Assembly (NCBI GenBank): GCA_965214115.1
Contig: CBDCAU010000008.1
Location: 156,347 to 220,346 of the forward strand
Direction: 5' to 3'
Length of the DNA stretch: 64,000 nt
Origin: Owenweeksia sp.
GTDB taxonomy: Bacteria; Bacteroidota; Bacteroidia; Flavobacteriales; Schleiferiaceae
Program-made: the position numbers and the translations under genes
Notes under the pieces: model-generated
What the model saw: the letters and a program-made list of their open reading frames with translations, nothing else
Told to the model about the DNA's origin: nothing
Databases searched by the model: none
Part shown: positions 30,521-40,326 of the stretch, piece by piece
Position numbering within the stretch: the stretch's first letter is position 1
Layout of the letters: each line of letters starts with the position of its first letter

Positions 30521-31165
30521 ATGAACGAGCTTTTTCGCAGTATCCTCGGCGATGCCATTTCCATCTTCACCATTATGAACCCGCTTTCGGCGGGCGTGGT
30601 GATGCTCACGCTCTTGGACGAAGACGTCACCAAAAAAGAAATCCAAAAGACGGCGTGGAAAAACACCCGCGCGGTTTTCATCACGATGCTCGTGCTTTTT
30701 CTGCTGGGCGCTTACATTTTTGATTTCTTTGGGATTTCGCCGCACGGGCTGCGGGTTTTCGGTGGGATAATTTTGTTGGTGATGGGCTTCAATATGGTGC
30801 AGGGCGTGGGCAAAAAGGTGAACCACACCGCCGCCGACCAGCGCGCCGCCGCCGAGCGCAACGACATCAGCACCGTGCCGCTGGCCATCCCCATCATTGT
30901 GGGGCCGGGGATGGCGACGACCCTGATTACAATGAGCGTGGCCAGCGCCGGTTGGCAGGGCTACGTCAGCGCCATTTCCGCCATCGTGATTTGCTGCGCG
31001 GCCAGTTTGGTCATCCTGCGGCGGATGCCTTTTATCAAAAGAACCCTCGGCGCCAACGGCCTGAAAGTGATGAACCGCCTGATGGGATTGATTGTGGGGT
31101 CGCTGGCGGCGCAGATGATTTTGAGGGGGGTGCTGGGGTTGTATGAGTTGTTTTTGGTCCCCTAA
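30521..31165 (+). CDS. MarC family integral membrane protein
   Basis: IFTIMNPL, FFGIS..LRVFGGIIL, VPLAIPIIVGPG, RLMGLI. Confidence 0.92.
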   Translation: MNELFRSILGDAISIFTIMNPLSAGVVMLTLLDEDVTKKEIQKTAWKNTRAVFITMLVLFLLGAYIFDFFGISPHGLRVFGGIILLVMGFNMVQGVGKKVNHTAADQRAAAERNDISTVPLAIPIIVGPGMATTLITMSVASAGWQGYVSAISAIVICCAASLVILRRMPFIKRTLGANGLKVMNRLMGLIVGSLAAQMILRGVLGLYELFLVP

Positions 31166-31208
31166 ATCTCCCTGTGCATAAAAGGTCTAATAGGGAATAC
31201 AAATTGGC

Positions 31209-31493
31209 CTACGTTTTTTCGATGACAAAACGGCCTTCCCTTTTTCTAACTTCCAAATGGCCTTCCATAATATCCCAAAACTGTTCTTTACTGATGGACA
31301 AAGCGCGGAGTGCATTTTTCACAATAAATTCTGGGACGGGCTGGATGTGGGTCTGAAAAATAACGGGCCGGCGTAAATCGTCGCGGGAATATTTGCAGTG
31401 TCCACCTTTGATACCGACCAATTCACACAAGGCCAGTTCCAAAAAAGACTCGAATTGGGAAATGAAAATATTTCGCAGATGGCGGGTGGACAT
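31209..31493 (-). CDS. HicA-like toxin
   Basis: KGGH.KYSR..LRRPVIFQTH..VPEFIVKNALR pattern. Confidence 0.7.
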   Translation of the reverse strand: MSTRHLRNIFISQFESFLELALCELVGIKGGHCKYSRDDLRRPVIFQTHIQPVPEFIVKNALRALSISKEQFWDIMEGHLEVRKREGRFVIEKT

Positions 31494-31494
31494 T

Positions 31495-31878
31495 TCAGAC
31501 CAAGGCTAATTCCAATGAAGTTGTGGATTGGGTCATCCCATCCTTAGCTTGGATTCCGACCAATGGCTCGCTTTCGGCCAAAAGCGTTTCATAATCGGGG
31601 GCCAAAAGCCATTTCCGGCGGCGGTTTACCAGCCAGCCCAGCCGTTCCAGCTCGTCGAAAAGCGTGGATTTTTCCATCATATACTGGACAGTTTCGGCCA
31701 AGGTGATGTCGAAGGATTGGGTGGCCTCTTGAGAGGATTTTCCGTAGCCGGTCAAATCCAAGGCGGGGGAATAAATGAAAAAAACGCCGTCCTCTTCCCA
31801 CGAAAAAAGATGCAACTCTACCTTGGTTTTGCTCGATTTTTCGTCTATCGAAGTTTTCTGTTGATGTTTCGTCCGCAT
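31495..31878 (-). CDS. HicB-like antitoxin
   Basis: EEDGVFFIYSPALDLTGYGKS.QEA..SF partial RNase H-like HicB pattern. Confidence 0.7.
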   Translation of the reverse strand: MRTKHQQKTSIDEKSSKTKVELHLFSWEEDGVFFIYSPALDLTGYGKSSQEATQSFDITLAETVQYMMEKSTLFDELERLGWLVNRRRKWLLAPDYETLLAESEPLVGIQAKDGMTQSTTSLELALV

Positions 31879-32033
31879 CGCGTTTTCTAAAGAGTGATTT
31901 TACAAAAATAAGTTTTTTGGTATGGAAACCCCAAAAGGTGGAATTCGGATTCTTTGGTGGTAATTTTTTGGTTGAAAATTAAAACTGTTTTCGATTAAAG
32001 TTTTAGTTTGCCAACCTTTAATTTTTTATAAAA

Positions 32034-33371
32034 ATGAATATTTCCGTTTTCTTAATCATCACCGTCTTAGTGGTGCTTTTCGCTTTGTTGGTCATTGGGT
32101 TTGTCCTCTCGCTGCGCTCGGGGAAGGTGCGGCGCGCGGCGGAAACCGAGCGGGCGGATCTGAACGAAATCCTGACCACGGAACGCATTTCCCGCGAAAG
32201 CGCCGAGAAAAATCTGGCGAAAGCCGAAACCGAACTGGAAACAAAACGTGGCGAGGTGGTGGCGCTGTCGCGCGATTTGGCCTCCCGCGAAAGCGACCTG
32301 AAAAATCTAAACGAAAAACTGGCCGAGCAAAAAGGGGAAGTGGAAAAACTGAACGAGAAATTTTCAGTAGAATTCAAAAACTTGGCGAACGAAATTTTGG
32401 AAGAAAAAACCAAAAAATTCACCACCCAAAACAAGGAAAACCTCGACCAAGTGCTGAACCCATTGCGCGATAGGATTTTGGAATTTCAAAAGAAAGTGGA
32501 AGACAATCACACGGCGGGCGAAAAACGCGGCGCGGCGCTGCACCAACAGCTCAATCATCTCAAAGAAATGAACCGCCAAATCACTAAGGAGGCGGAAAGC
32601 CTGACGAAAGCGCTACGCGGCGAAAGCAAGACCCAAGGCGGCTGGGGCGAGATGCAGTTGGAAACCATCCTCGAAAAAGTGGGGCTGCAAAAAGATGTGC
32701 ATTACCAAAAAGAACAGAACCTGAAAACCGAGGAAGGCGGCAACCAGCGGCTGGATTTCATCATCAATCTGCCCGATGGAAAACACTTGATTTTGGATTC
32801 CAAGGTGTCGCTTTCGGCTTATGCCAATTATTTTGATACCGAAGACGAGGCGGAACAGGCGCGCTTTTTAAAACAGCATTTGGCGAGTATGCACGCCCAC
32901 ATCAAAACGCTGAGCGGCAAGAATTACCAAAATTTATATAATATAAATGCGCCGGATTATGTGCTGATGTTCATCGCCAACGAACCCGCGCTGACGATGG
33001 CGCTGAAGGAAGACCCGACGATTTATGAAAAGGCACTCGACCAAAACATCGTGCTGGTTTCCACGACCACCTTACTGGCCACGCTGCGCACCATTTCCTA
33101 CATCTGGAAACAAGACCAGCAAAACAAAAACGCCGATGAAATAGCGCGGCAGGCGGCGGCGCTTTATGATAAGTTCGTGGGTTTTACGGAAGATTTGATC
33201 AAACTGGGAAACCAACTCGGCACGGTGCAAAAAACCTATCAGGATTCAATGAAAAAGCTGAGTTCCGGCCGTGGGAACTTGGTACAAAAAACGGAACAGC
33301 TCCAAAAACTGGGCGCTAATCCCGCCAAACGAATCGACCAAAAATTGTTGGACAGGAGTGAGAAGGAATAG
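32034..33371 (+). CDS. rmuC: DNA recombination protein RmuC
   Basis: N-terminal TM helix, coiled coil, QGGWGEMQLE, IINLPDG..LILDSKVSL, DYVLMFI. Confidence 0.93.
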   Translation: MNISVFLIITVLVVLFALLVIGFVLSLRSGKVRRAAETERADLNEILTTERISRESAEKNLAKAETELETKRGEVVALSRDLASRESDLKNLNEKLAEQKGEVEKLNEKFSVEFKNLANEILEEKTKKFTTQNKENLDQVLNPLRDRILEFQKKVEDNHTAGEKRGAALHQQLNHLKEMNRQITKEAESLTKALRGESKTQGGWGEMQLETILEKVGLQKDVHYQKEQNLKTEEGGNQRLDFIINLPDGKHLILDSKVSLSAYANYFDTEDEAEQARFLKQHLASMHAHIKTLSGKNYQNLYNINAPDYVLMFIANEPALTMALKEDPTIYEKALDQNIVLVSTTTLLATLRTISYIWKQDQQNKNADEIARQAAALYDKFVGFTEDLIKLGNQLGTVQKTYQDSMKKLSSGRGNLVQKTEQLQKLGANPAKRIDQKLLDRSEKE

Positions 33372-33456
33372 CGAATAGGTAATAATGAATTAGTAAAATA
33401 GGCAGGGCGAAAAAGTACTCCGACTACTTATTACCTATTCATTATTACTTATTTTC

Positions 33457-33609
33457 TCACATCCGATTTCCCCCAATCACTTTGAAAACCAAGATGATAA
33501 ATGCAAGCACCAGCAGGAGGTGGACGTAATCGCCCCAATCGAAAAAGATGAGACCCGCCAACCAGATGACAGCGAGGATAATGGCGATGGGATAAGAGAA
33601 TTTGCTCAT
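33457..33609 (-). CDS. lmo0937/DUF5670-like 50-aa membrane protein
   Basis: MSKFSYPIAIILAVIWLAGLIFFDWGDYVHLLLVLAFIILVFKVIGGNRM*; W..G...G..VHLLLVLA family pattern. Confidence 0.75.
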   Translation of the reverse strand: MSKFSYPIAIILAVIWLAGLIFFDWGDYVHLLLVLAFIILVFKVIGGNRM

Positions 33610-33709
33610 ACTTTAATGGTCGTGCCGTGGTCCTTATGCGGATTTACGAATCAACGGATTAACGAATCACCGATGAACGAGTTCGCGCTGTTTCGCTCGC
33701 CAGCGGTTT

Positions 33710-34747
33710 TCACCTCTTTTTCTTTTTGGGAGTGTCTTCCATCAATAAAACCAAGGGCCTCAAAGTTTCGCTGTGGCTGAATACCAAGCGCAAAATACCC
33801 ACGGCGGGGAGCGCCAATATCAATCCGGCCACGCCCAAGATTTGTCCGCCCACAATAAGGCTGAGCAAGGCCACCAGCGGGTTGATGCTGACTTTGCTGC
33901 CCATTATGTTGGGGGTGATAAAATTGCCCTCGCAAAACTGGATGAACGCAAAAACGGCGATGACGCCCACCGCAAACCACGCCGAATCTTTGGTGACCAG
34001 CGCCACCAACACCGCCACCAGCCCGCCCAAAAAATTGCCCACATAAGGGATAATCGTGAGCATCGCCGAAAAAATACCGAGGAAAATGGCGTAGGGAATC
34101 CCCAAGATCAAAAGGCCGATGGAATTGAGCGTGGCCAAGATCAAGATGACCCAGAACATCCCCGCCACGTAGCCCTGCACCACCACCTTCACTTCCTGCA
34201 TCCGCGCGGCCGACGATTCCACCAGCTTGCTCATAAACTGCTTGAACCGGTCGCGGTAAAGCAATATCAAAAAGAGGTAAATGGGAATCTGCACCAAGAT
34301 GGTGAGCACGTGGGAGGTAGTTTGCACCAGCCCCGTGAGAAAGGGCGCGGCGCGCTGGGCCAAGTCGCCCATCCACACGTTGCGCTCGGGGATTTCGATG
34401 CCCATTTTCTCGGTGATGAAATCCTGCACGTTCACGATCAGATTGGTGATGCGCTGGGAAAGTTCCGGCAGGTCGCGCACCAAACTCGTAACCTGGAATC
34501 CCATAAAAAAGAGGATGCCGCTGGCCACGACCATAAAGGTGAGCAAAACGATGGTGATGCCCAATATGCGCGGGGTGTTGATGCGTTCCAGCCGTTTCAA
34601 AAATGGGTTGAGCACGATGGCGAATAGAAACGCGAACGCCAGCGGGATGATAACGGCGCTGGCGGCCATCGTGATCACCACCAAAAAGGCAATGATGATG
34701 CTGATGTGGCTGAGGGCTTGGGCTTTTTGCCGGAAGTTTTCGGTCAT
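33710..34747 (-). CDS. AI-2E family transporter
   Basis: IIPLAFAFLFAIVLNP, IPYVG, QFCEGNFITPNIMG, INPLVALLSL. Confidence 0.92.
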   Translation of the reverse strand: MTENFRQKAQALSHISIIIAFLVVITMAASAVIIPLAFAFLFAIVLNPFLKRLERINTPRILGITIVLLTFMVVASGILFFMGFQVTSLVRDLPELSQRITNLIVNVQDFITEKMGIEIPERNVWMGDLAQRAAPFLTGLVQTTSHVLTILVQIPIYLFLILLYRDRFKQFMSKLVESSAARMQEVKVVVQGYVAGMFWVILILATLNSIGLLILGIPYAIFLGIFSAMLTIIPYVGNFLGGLVAVLVALVTKDSAWFAVGVIAVFAFIQFCEGNFITPNIMGSKVSINPLVALLSLIVGGQILGVAGLILALPAVGILRLVFSHSETLRPLVLLMEDTPKKKKR

Positions 34748-35056
34748 CGGGGGCGGGTGAAGTTTTTATAAGAAGGGCGTAACACCGCTGGGCGCGAAAG
34801 TGTTCCGTCCCGTTCGGCATCAATGGTCGAAAGGGCGCATTTGACGTTTCACGTTTTTAAGGAAAATGTTGAACGTCATCCCAGCGGGCAACTTGTTGAG
34901 CCAAAATACCGTCCGCTGCCAACCGGAATTTGGAGGAGGGATTGGTATGTTAATTGCTGCCCGCGCCCGCAACCGAACTGCTGGCCGAATTGGGTAACAT
35001 TTTGTGTTAAACGCAATTTCTACAAGATATTCCCGCGCTGCCACAGTTTAAGAGGA

Positions 35057-35089
35057 GTCCCGAAGCGTAAGTTTCGGGGCTTTTTTTTG
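35057..35089 (+). terminator. Rho-independent terminator
   Basis: GTCCCGAAGC-GTAA-GTTTCGGGGC followed by a T run. Confidence 0.65.
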
Positions 35090-35369
35090 GTGTTTGATAA
35101 AATATCCAAATTTTCGCTATGCGAGCATAGCATATTGCCAATTCCTTGCTGCTCAGTTTTGTAGGAAAAAGAATTAACCTAATTCCTACAAAAATTTCCA
35201 TAACTATTTGACAACTTAACAAATAGATAACATCGAATATTTGGCAGTCTCATTTTTTTTTTTTTTGGTTTGTCAGGATTTTCCTCAAGAAGCTGGCCAG
35301 CCAATGATAAAAATCAAACAGAGGCTGGGAATAGTTCCCAGCCGTTTTTTAACTCTAATTTTTTTCAAA

Positions 35370-36416
35370 ATGAAAAAGTTATTTTTACCCCTCGCGGCTT
35401 GCGTTGCTTTAGCAAGCTGTAGCAAAGAGGAAACGATGAATGAGGCAAATGCACCTTTGGTGAAGAAGAGTATTCCGACTGAGGATGATGGCATATTGCT
35501 TGTCGTGCAGGATTTCGAGTCTACTTATTACGAATGGAAAGATGAAAATTACACTCCTTCTGCTGCGAAAACAATTGAGTATGAATATGCCATTTGGTTG
35601 GTGGAAGGTACGTTCAATTATGTGAATCGTGTAGGCGCAGAAGAGGTGCTTGAACATCCAAATTATACGAATCCTCAGTTTTATACTACCACCATTCCCG
35701 TGAGTGTAGAAAATAGCTCGGGCTACGTTTCGGAGGAAGATATGCTGGCACTCTTTGATGAGTTGGCGGGATTGCCAGGAGATCCTGCTCCAATCGCAAA
35801 TCTTTCCTTAACGGGGGTCTCTAACGGTAATTTGGAACTGGAACATAAGCGGTATTTATTTCCCGCAGCTCATAACGGTATCCCATATCCTATTACTGGC
35901 ACAGATAACTGGTTGGCGATTAATCCGGGAAAATGTAATTCACCTTCTTCTAAAAATGCGTCAGACCGCATCACCGAGGCTTTCTTGTATTATGACTATA
36001 CACAAGATGCAAGTTGGTACAATGGTTTGCAATCAATACATTTTTTTCCATGGAGCGCAGTGCCTGGTCTTTCCTTACAAGCATCGAAAGATTTTAAGCC
36101 GTGTATGTTGAGTGTTGATATGTCTGGAAACCAAATCATAACTGTTGTGGGTACGGGAACTAAATATTGCAATAGTTTTTGGGGTGGAAAAGAATATTGT
36201 GATGGCTTACCGTCACTCTCGCCTTCCGATTGCATTAACAGTACTGAAATGTCCGTTTTGGCTAATAAAGTAGATGCTATCTACGATGCAGAGTCCAATC
36301 TTATCGGCGATCCGCTGAGTGGTGGGGTGAGCGGTTTTCAGTCAGGTGGATACTTCACTCACGATATGTCATATGACATAGGTTTGGCAGGAAAGGCCGT
36401 AGCCGTAACACTGTAA
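35370..36416 (+). CDS. Hypothetical lipoprotein (low GC)
   Basis: MKKLFLPLAACVALASC lipobox; start moved to ATG 35370. Confidence 0.8.
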   Translation: MKKLFLPLAACVALASCSKEETMNEANAPLVKKSIPTEDDGILLVVQDFESTYYEWKDENYTPSAAKTIEYEYAIWLVEGTFNYVNRVGAEEVLEHPNYTNPQFYTTTIPVSVENSSGYVSEEDMLALFDELAGLPGDPAPIANLSLTGVSNGNLELEHKRYLFPAAHNGIPYPITGTDNWLAINPGKCNSPSSKNASDRITEAFLYYDYTQDASWYNGLQSIHFFPWSAVPGLSLQASKDFKPCMLSVDMSGNQIITVVGTGTKYCNSFWGGKEYCDGLPSLSPSDCINSTEMSVLANKVDAIYDAESNLIGDPLSGGVSGFQSGGYFTHDMSYDIGLAGKAVAVTL

Positions 36417-37981
36417 TGAGGCATATTTTAAATCCCAAAAGGAAAAATGCAGTTCTTGTGCTGCATTTTTTCTTTTGTTTTATGATAAGCTTGAACGCGC
36501 AAACTTTTGCAGATTTAGGCCAAAATGAATTTCAAAACAGTCCAGCACGTTACGACGCTTCTTGTAATTGTTTTGAAACCATAGTATCCTCCACACCTGC
36601 ATTTTATCAAAGTGCGGACTCAAATATGGTTTTTGTGCGACTACGCTACGACACTATTGGTCAGGTGATTGACAGCAATCGAATAAGCTTTTTGAATAAT
36701 TTCAATGCGAAATATCCCTTTAGTATTGACGCAGTTGATGGTTCCGAGACTATGGTTTTGGTTCGTTTCGCCGATTTTACCCGGTGTCATCCACAATCTA
36801 CCTCTGGAGTGCCGCAATGTTTGTCATCGGCTTATTTATCCCAATGGGATAATGATTCGGTCATCCTATTAGATAATGTGGCTACCGATTCTGCTTACGG
36901 CCTAAAAATTCTGGGTCATCAAAAAATTGGCGACTCCCTTTTTTTTGTAACAGAATACTATAGTGGATTAAAAGATACCGCAAAAAATTTATATTTTACC
37001 TCCATATACCTTCCCGATGGTTCTAAAAAAACTAAAATACTGAACTTGAAAATAGGTATGACGGATTTGGGTTTAGGTCGATTTCGGAGAGATCAAAATT
37101 CAAATGACTGGTTTGCTGTAGGGATTTTACAAAATACTTTTACACCTCTTATCTGTCGGTTAAATGCTGGAATGCAATTTGTAAAATCTTTTGATAATCT
37201 CTCATTTATCCCGCTTAATGGATTCACTAATATTTGGCAAACTAATAAGGAAATTTATGTCTATACTACTGGTGCAGTCATTACGCCTAAAGCATCCTCA
37301 AATATTTTAATGACTTATGCAATTGAAGTTTTTGACAAAAACCAAGATTCTATAACGGCGCGCCATTTCTATAATTTTTCACCTGACTCTACTGGTTGGG
37401 AGGCCAATTTGGCGGGTTTTGATTCTTATTTTGACGGAGAGCGCTTTGTGCTAACTGGTGTTTCAGATACCGACCCTTCTTTGGCCGGCCGTAGATTGAA
37501 AACCGTCTTATTTGAAGTAGACACCAGTTTTACGATTAAGAAAGCTCTTGAAATTTCGGACAGTACAAGTAATTACCGAGGTTCAATAACCCGATTATTA
37601 AAGGTTTCGCAATTCCCGTCCAAAATTTTCTACTTTGGAACAGTGAATAGTTCAATTCTAACGGGGTCTGCCGGTTTCAACTTGATGTTCGGCGAGTTTG
37701 TGATAAATGACTCATCTATTTCGACTGCTGACTACGTTTTCCATAAGGCCAATATGTACCTCTACCCCAACCCCTCAAAGGGCAAACTAAACTTACTATG
37801 GGACGGCGAAGATTTCAAACCCTATCCTGTAAAAGTGTATGATGTAAACGGCCGATTGGTCTTTCAAGCGCAAATCAAGAACGCGCGGGAAAAACTGGAT
37901 TTAAAACTTCCCGCCGGGCAGTATTTTTTAGAGGCACGGGAGGGCAGGTTTGCGGAAACGCAAAGTTTTATAGTGGAGTAG
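36416..37981 (+). CDS. T9SS type A sorting-domain protein (low GC)
   Basis: C-terminal LYPNPSKG...VYDVNGRLV...LPAGQYFL CTD; start overlaps the upstream stop. Confidence 0.82.
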   Translation: MRHILNPKRKNAVLVLHFFFCFMISLNAQTFADLGQNEFQNSPARYDASCNCFETIVSSTPAFYQSADSNMVFVRLRYDTIGQVIDSNRISFLNNFNAKYPFSIDAVDGSETMVLVRFADFTRCHPQSTSGVPQCLSSAYLSQWDNDSVILLDNVATDSAYGLKILGHQKIGDSLFFVTEYYSGLKDTAKNLYFTSIYLPDGSKKTKILNLKIGMTDLGLGRFRRDQNSNDWFAVGILQNTFTPLICRLNAGMQFVKSFDNLSFIPLNGFTNIWQTNKEIYVYTTGAVITPKASSNILMTYAIEVFDKNQDSITARHFYNFSPDSTGWEANLAGFDSYFDGERFVLTGVSDTDPSLAGRRLKTVLFEVDTSFTIKKALEISDSTSNYRGSITRLLKVSQFPSKIFYFGTVNSSILTGSAGFNLMFGEFVINDSSISTADYVFHKANMYLYPNPSKGKLNLLWDGEDFKPYPVKVYDVNGRLVFQAQIKNAREKLDLKLPAGQYFLEAREGRFAETQSFIVE

Positions 37982-37985
37982 CCCA

Positions 37986-38014
37986 CTTTTCCAAAGTTCG
38001 GAACTTTGGAAAAG
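37986..38014. terminator. Perfect palindrome; probable bidirectional terminator or REP
   Basis: CTTTTCCAAAGTT-CGG-AACTTTGGAAAAG. Confidence 0.65.
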
Positions 38015-38101
38015 CTATAATTTCAAACACACATTCTTCTTCTCCGTAAAAAAATCCAGCGCCTCGAAACCGCCCTCGCGTCCCACGCCGCTGTTTTTCA
38101 T
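38015..38101 (-). pseudogene. Orphan duplicate of the ALDH gene 3' end
   Basis: 38022-38101 matches 38788-38867 at 77/80 nt; encodes MKNSGVGREGGFEALDFFTEKKNVCLKL*. Confidence 0.9.
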
Positions 38102-38139
38102 CTCAATGAAACCAACGATTAATAATGAGATTTTGAATT

Positions 38140-38493
38140 TCAATACGACTGGTTTCTCAAATTTTCCCCATCGTAAACGTAAAGCCTCCGAGCAGGATTT
38201 ATTTTTTCCACCGAAATCAAGTGTTCCACCAATTCACCAGCGTACTTGATTTGCTCAGCCTCAAGACGCAAAAAGATGACGCCCGCTTCGGGATAGAGAC
38301 CTTTCTGAAAAATCAAGCGTCCAAAATCGCTGTCAAAAGTGACGATGACGCGGTTCTCCAAATTGGAAATCGCAATGATGTTTTCATCCTTGATACTGGG
38401 GTGCGCCCGACCCACGGCTTTCACATCGTGGCCTTTTTCGATGAGATAATCTATCATCTTATTCGATAGATTTTCGTCCGCCAAGAGCCTCAT
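38140..38493 (-). CDS. DUF5615 family PIN-like protein (putative toxin)
   Basis: MRLLADENL, VIVTFDSDFG, GVIFLR. Confidence 0.88.
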   Translation of the reverse strand: MRLLADENLSNKMIDYLIEKGHDVKAVGRAHPSIKDENIIAISNLENRVIVTFDSDFGRLIFQKGLYPEAGVIFLRLEAEQIKYAGELVEHLISVEKINPARRLYVYDGENLRNQSY

Positions 38494-38732
38494 CCCGAAA
38501 CCTTTTGCGGGAAGGGCAGGTAGAGCGATTCCTGCAATTCTTCACTGACGTATTGAAAAATGGCCTGCAAATGCTCTTTGCGCAGCCTCGGATAATTCTC
38601 CAAAAGTTCTGCCTCGCTCCAGCCGCCCGCCATCAGTTTCACCAAAAACTCTATCGAAAGCCGCGTGCCTTTGATGGCGGGCTTGCCCATCAGCACTTCG
38701 GGGTCAGATACGATGTGGTTTCTCCAGTCCAT
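38490..38732 (-). CDS. DUF433 family protein (putative antitoxin)
   Basis: IVSDPEVLMGKPAIKGTRLSIE...ELLENYPRL. Confidence 0.9.
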   Translation of the reverse strand: MDWRNHIVSDPEVLMGKPAIKGTRLSIEFLVKLMAGGWSEAELLENYPRLRKEHLQAIFQYVSEELQESLYLPFPQKVSG

Positions 38733-38780
38733 TTTTTTGAGAATTGAAAAGCGAATTTCGGAAATTTTGAGGAGAACCTT

Positions 38781-40223
38781 TCAAACCTTCAAACACACAT
38801 TCTTCTTCTCCGTAAAAAAATTCAGCGCCTCGAAACCGCCCTCACGGCCCACGCCGCTGTTTTTCATTCCGCCAAAAGGCGTGCGCAAATCCCTGACCAG
38901 CCAGCAATTGAGCCACACAATTCCGGCATCCAACTTTGCCGTCACGCGGTGCGCGCGGTTCAAGTTTTCCGTGAAAACGGTGGCCGCCAAACCGTACTGC
39001 GTGGAGTTGGCCATTTTCAAAACTTCGGCCTCCGTTTCAAAAGGCGTGAGCGTCACCACCGGCCCGAAAATCTCTTCCTGGTTGGTGCGGCATTGGTAAT
39101 CCAAACCTTCGATTACCGTGGGTTCCAAATAAAAACCGTCGGCAAATTCGCCGTCCATTGTCAGGCGATTTCCGCCGTGCAGAACCGTCCCGCCTTCTTC
39201 TTTCGCCAGTTCGATGTAGCGCATCACTTTTTCCAAATGCGCTTCCGAAACCAGCGCGCCCATTTTGGAATTTTCGTCGGTGGGCGGCCCTACTTTCAAA
39301 GTTTTCACTCGTTCCAAATAGGCGTTTTTAAATTTTTCATAAATGCTTTTTTCAATAAAAAGACGGCTGCCGCAAAGGCAGATCTGTCCTTGGTTGGCAA
39401 AGCTGGCGGTGACGGAAGTTTTCACGGCGAGGTCAAAATCACAATCCGCAAAAATCAAATTGGGGTTTTTGCCACCCAGTTCCAGCGACAGTTTTTTGAA
39501 CATCGGGGCGGCGGTGCGCGCGAGATGTTCGCCCGTTTTCGTGCCGCCGGTAAAACTGATGGCTTTTATTTTGGGATGTTCCACGATGGCCTGCCCCACC
39601 TCCGGCCCCGTGCCGTGGAGGATGTTCAGAACGCCAGTGGGCATTCCGGCTTCTTGGCAGATTTCCGAAAGTAGGAAAGCAGTCATTGGCGTCACTTCGC
39701 TGGGTTTGGCAATCACGCAATTTCCCGCCGCCAGTGCTGGCGCAATTTTCCAAGTGAACAGATACAGCGGCAAATTCCACGGCGAAATGCAGCCCACCAC
39801 CCCAATCGGCTGGCGCAAAGTGTAATTGAAACCCTCGCCGCCCATTTGGTGGAAGTGGCTGTCTTCGTGCAAGATAGCCGTGGCAAAAAAGGCAAAATTG
39901 TCCCGCGCGCGGGGGATGTCCACGGCGGTGGCGAGCTTTACGGGCTTGCCGTTGTCGAGGCTTTCGGCTTGCGCCAATTTGTCCAAATTTTCATCAATTA
40001 AATTGGAAACCCGCAGCATAATTTCCGAGCGCTCCCTGGCGGAAAAACCGCTCCATTTTGGGAATGCCGCAGTTGCAGCATCCACCGCTTTTTGCACGTC
40101 TTTTTCGTCGGATTTCGGGATGAGCGAATACACTTTTCCCCGCGAGGGGTCGATGTTTTCCAGCCATTCGCCGGAAGCGGGTTCGTGCCATTCGCCGTTG
40201 ATGTAATTGAGGATTTTTTTCAT
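38781..40223 (-). CDS. Aldehyde dehydrogenase, probably 2-aminomuconate/2-hydroxymuconate semialdehyde dehydrogenase
   Basis: ISPWNLPLYL, ELGGKNP, NQGQICLCGSR, EEIFGPV, WLVRDLRTPFGGMK. Confidence 0.88.
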   Translation of the reverse strand: MKKILNYINGEWHEPASGEWLENIDPSRGKVYSLIPKSDEKDVQKAVDAATAAFPKWSGFSARERSEIMLRVSNLIDENLDKLAQAESLDNGKPVKLATAVDIPRARDNFAFFATAILHEDSHFHQMGGEGFNYTLRQPIGVVGCISPWNLPLYLFTWKIAPALAAGNCVIAKPSEVTPMTAFLLSEICQEAGMPTGVLNILHGTGPEVGQAIVEHPKIKAISFTGGTKTGEHLARTAAPMFKKLSLELGGKNPNLIFADCDFDLAVKTSVTASFANQGQICLCGSRLFIEKSIYEKFKNAYLERVKTLKVGPPTDENSKMGALVSEAHLEKVMRYIELAKEEGGTVLHGGNRLTMDGEFADGFYLEPTVIEGLDYQCRTNQEEIFGPVVTLTPFETEAEVLKMANSTQYGLAATVFTENLNRAHRVTAKLDAGIVWLNCWLVRDLRTPFGGMKNSGVGREGGFEALNFFTEKKNVCLKV

Positions 40224-40326
40224 TGGAATAAACGCAAGATGTTAGACACAAGACGCAAGTTTGGAGGGTCGGCATGATTGGCATGGAGTCATTGGCCCAT
40301 TGTCCCATTGACTAATTGTCTCATTA

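Noticed and set aside
30397-30684. Long N-terminal part of track ORF 30199..30684
   Set aside because: It overlaps marC antisense and a promoter region; only 30199-30396 has a credible start context
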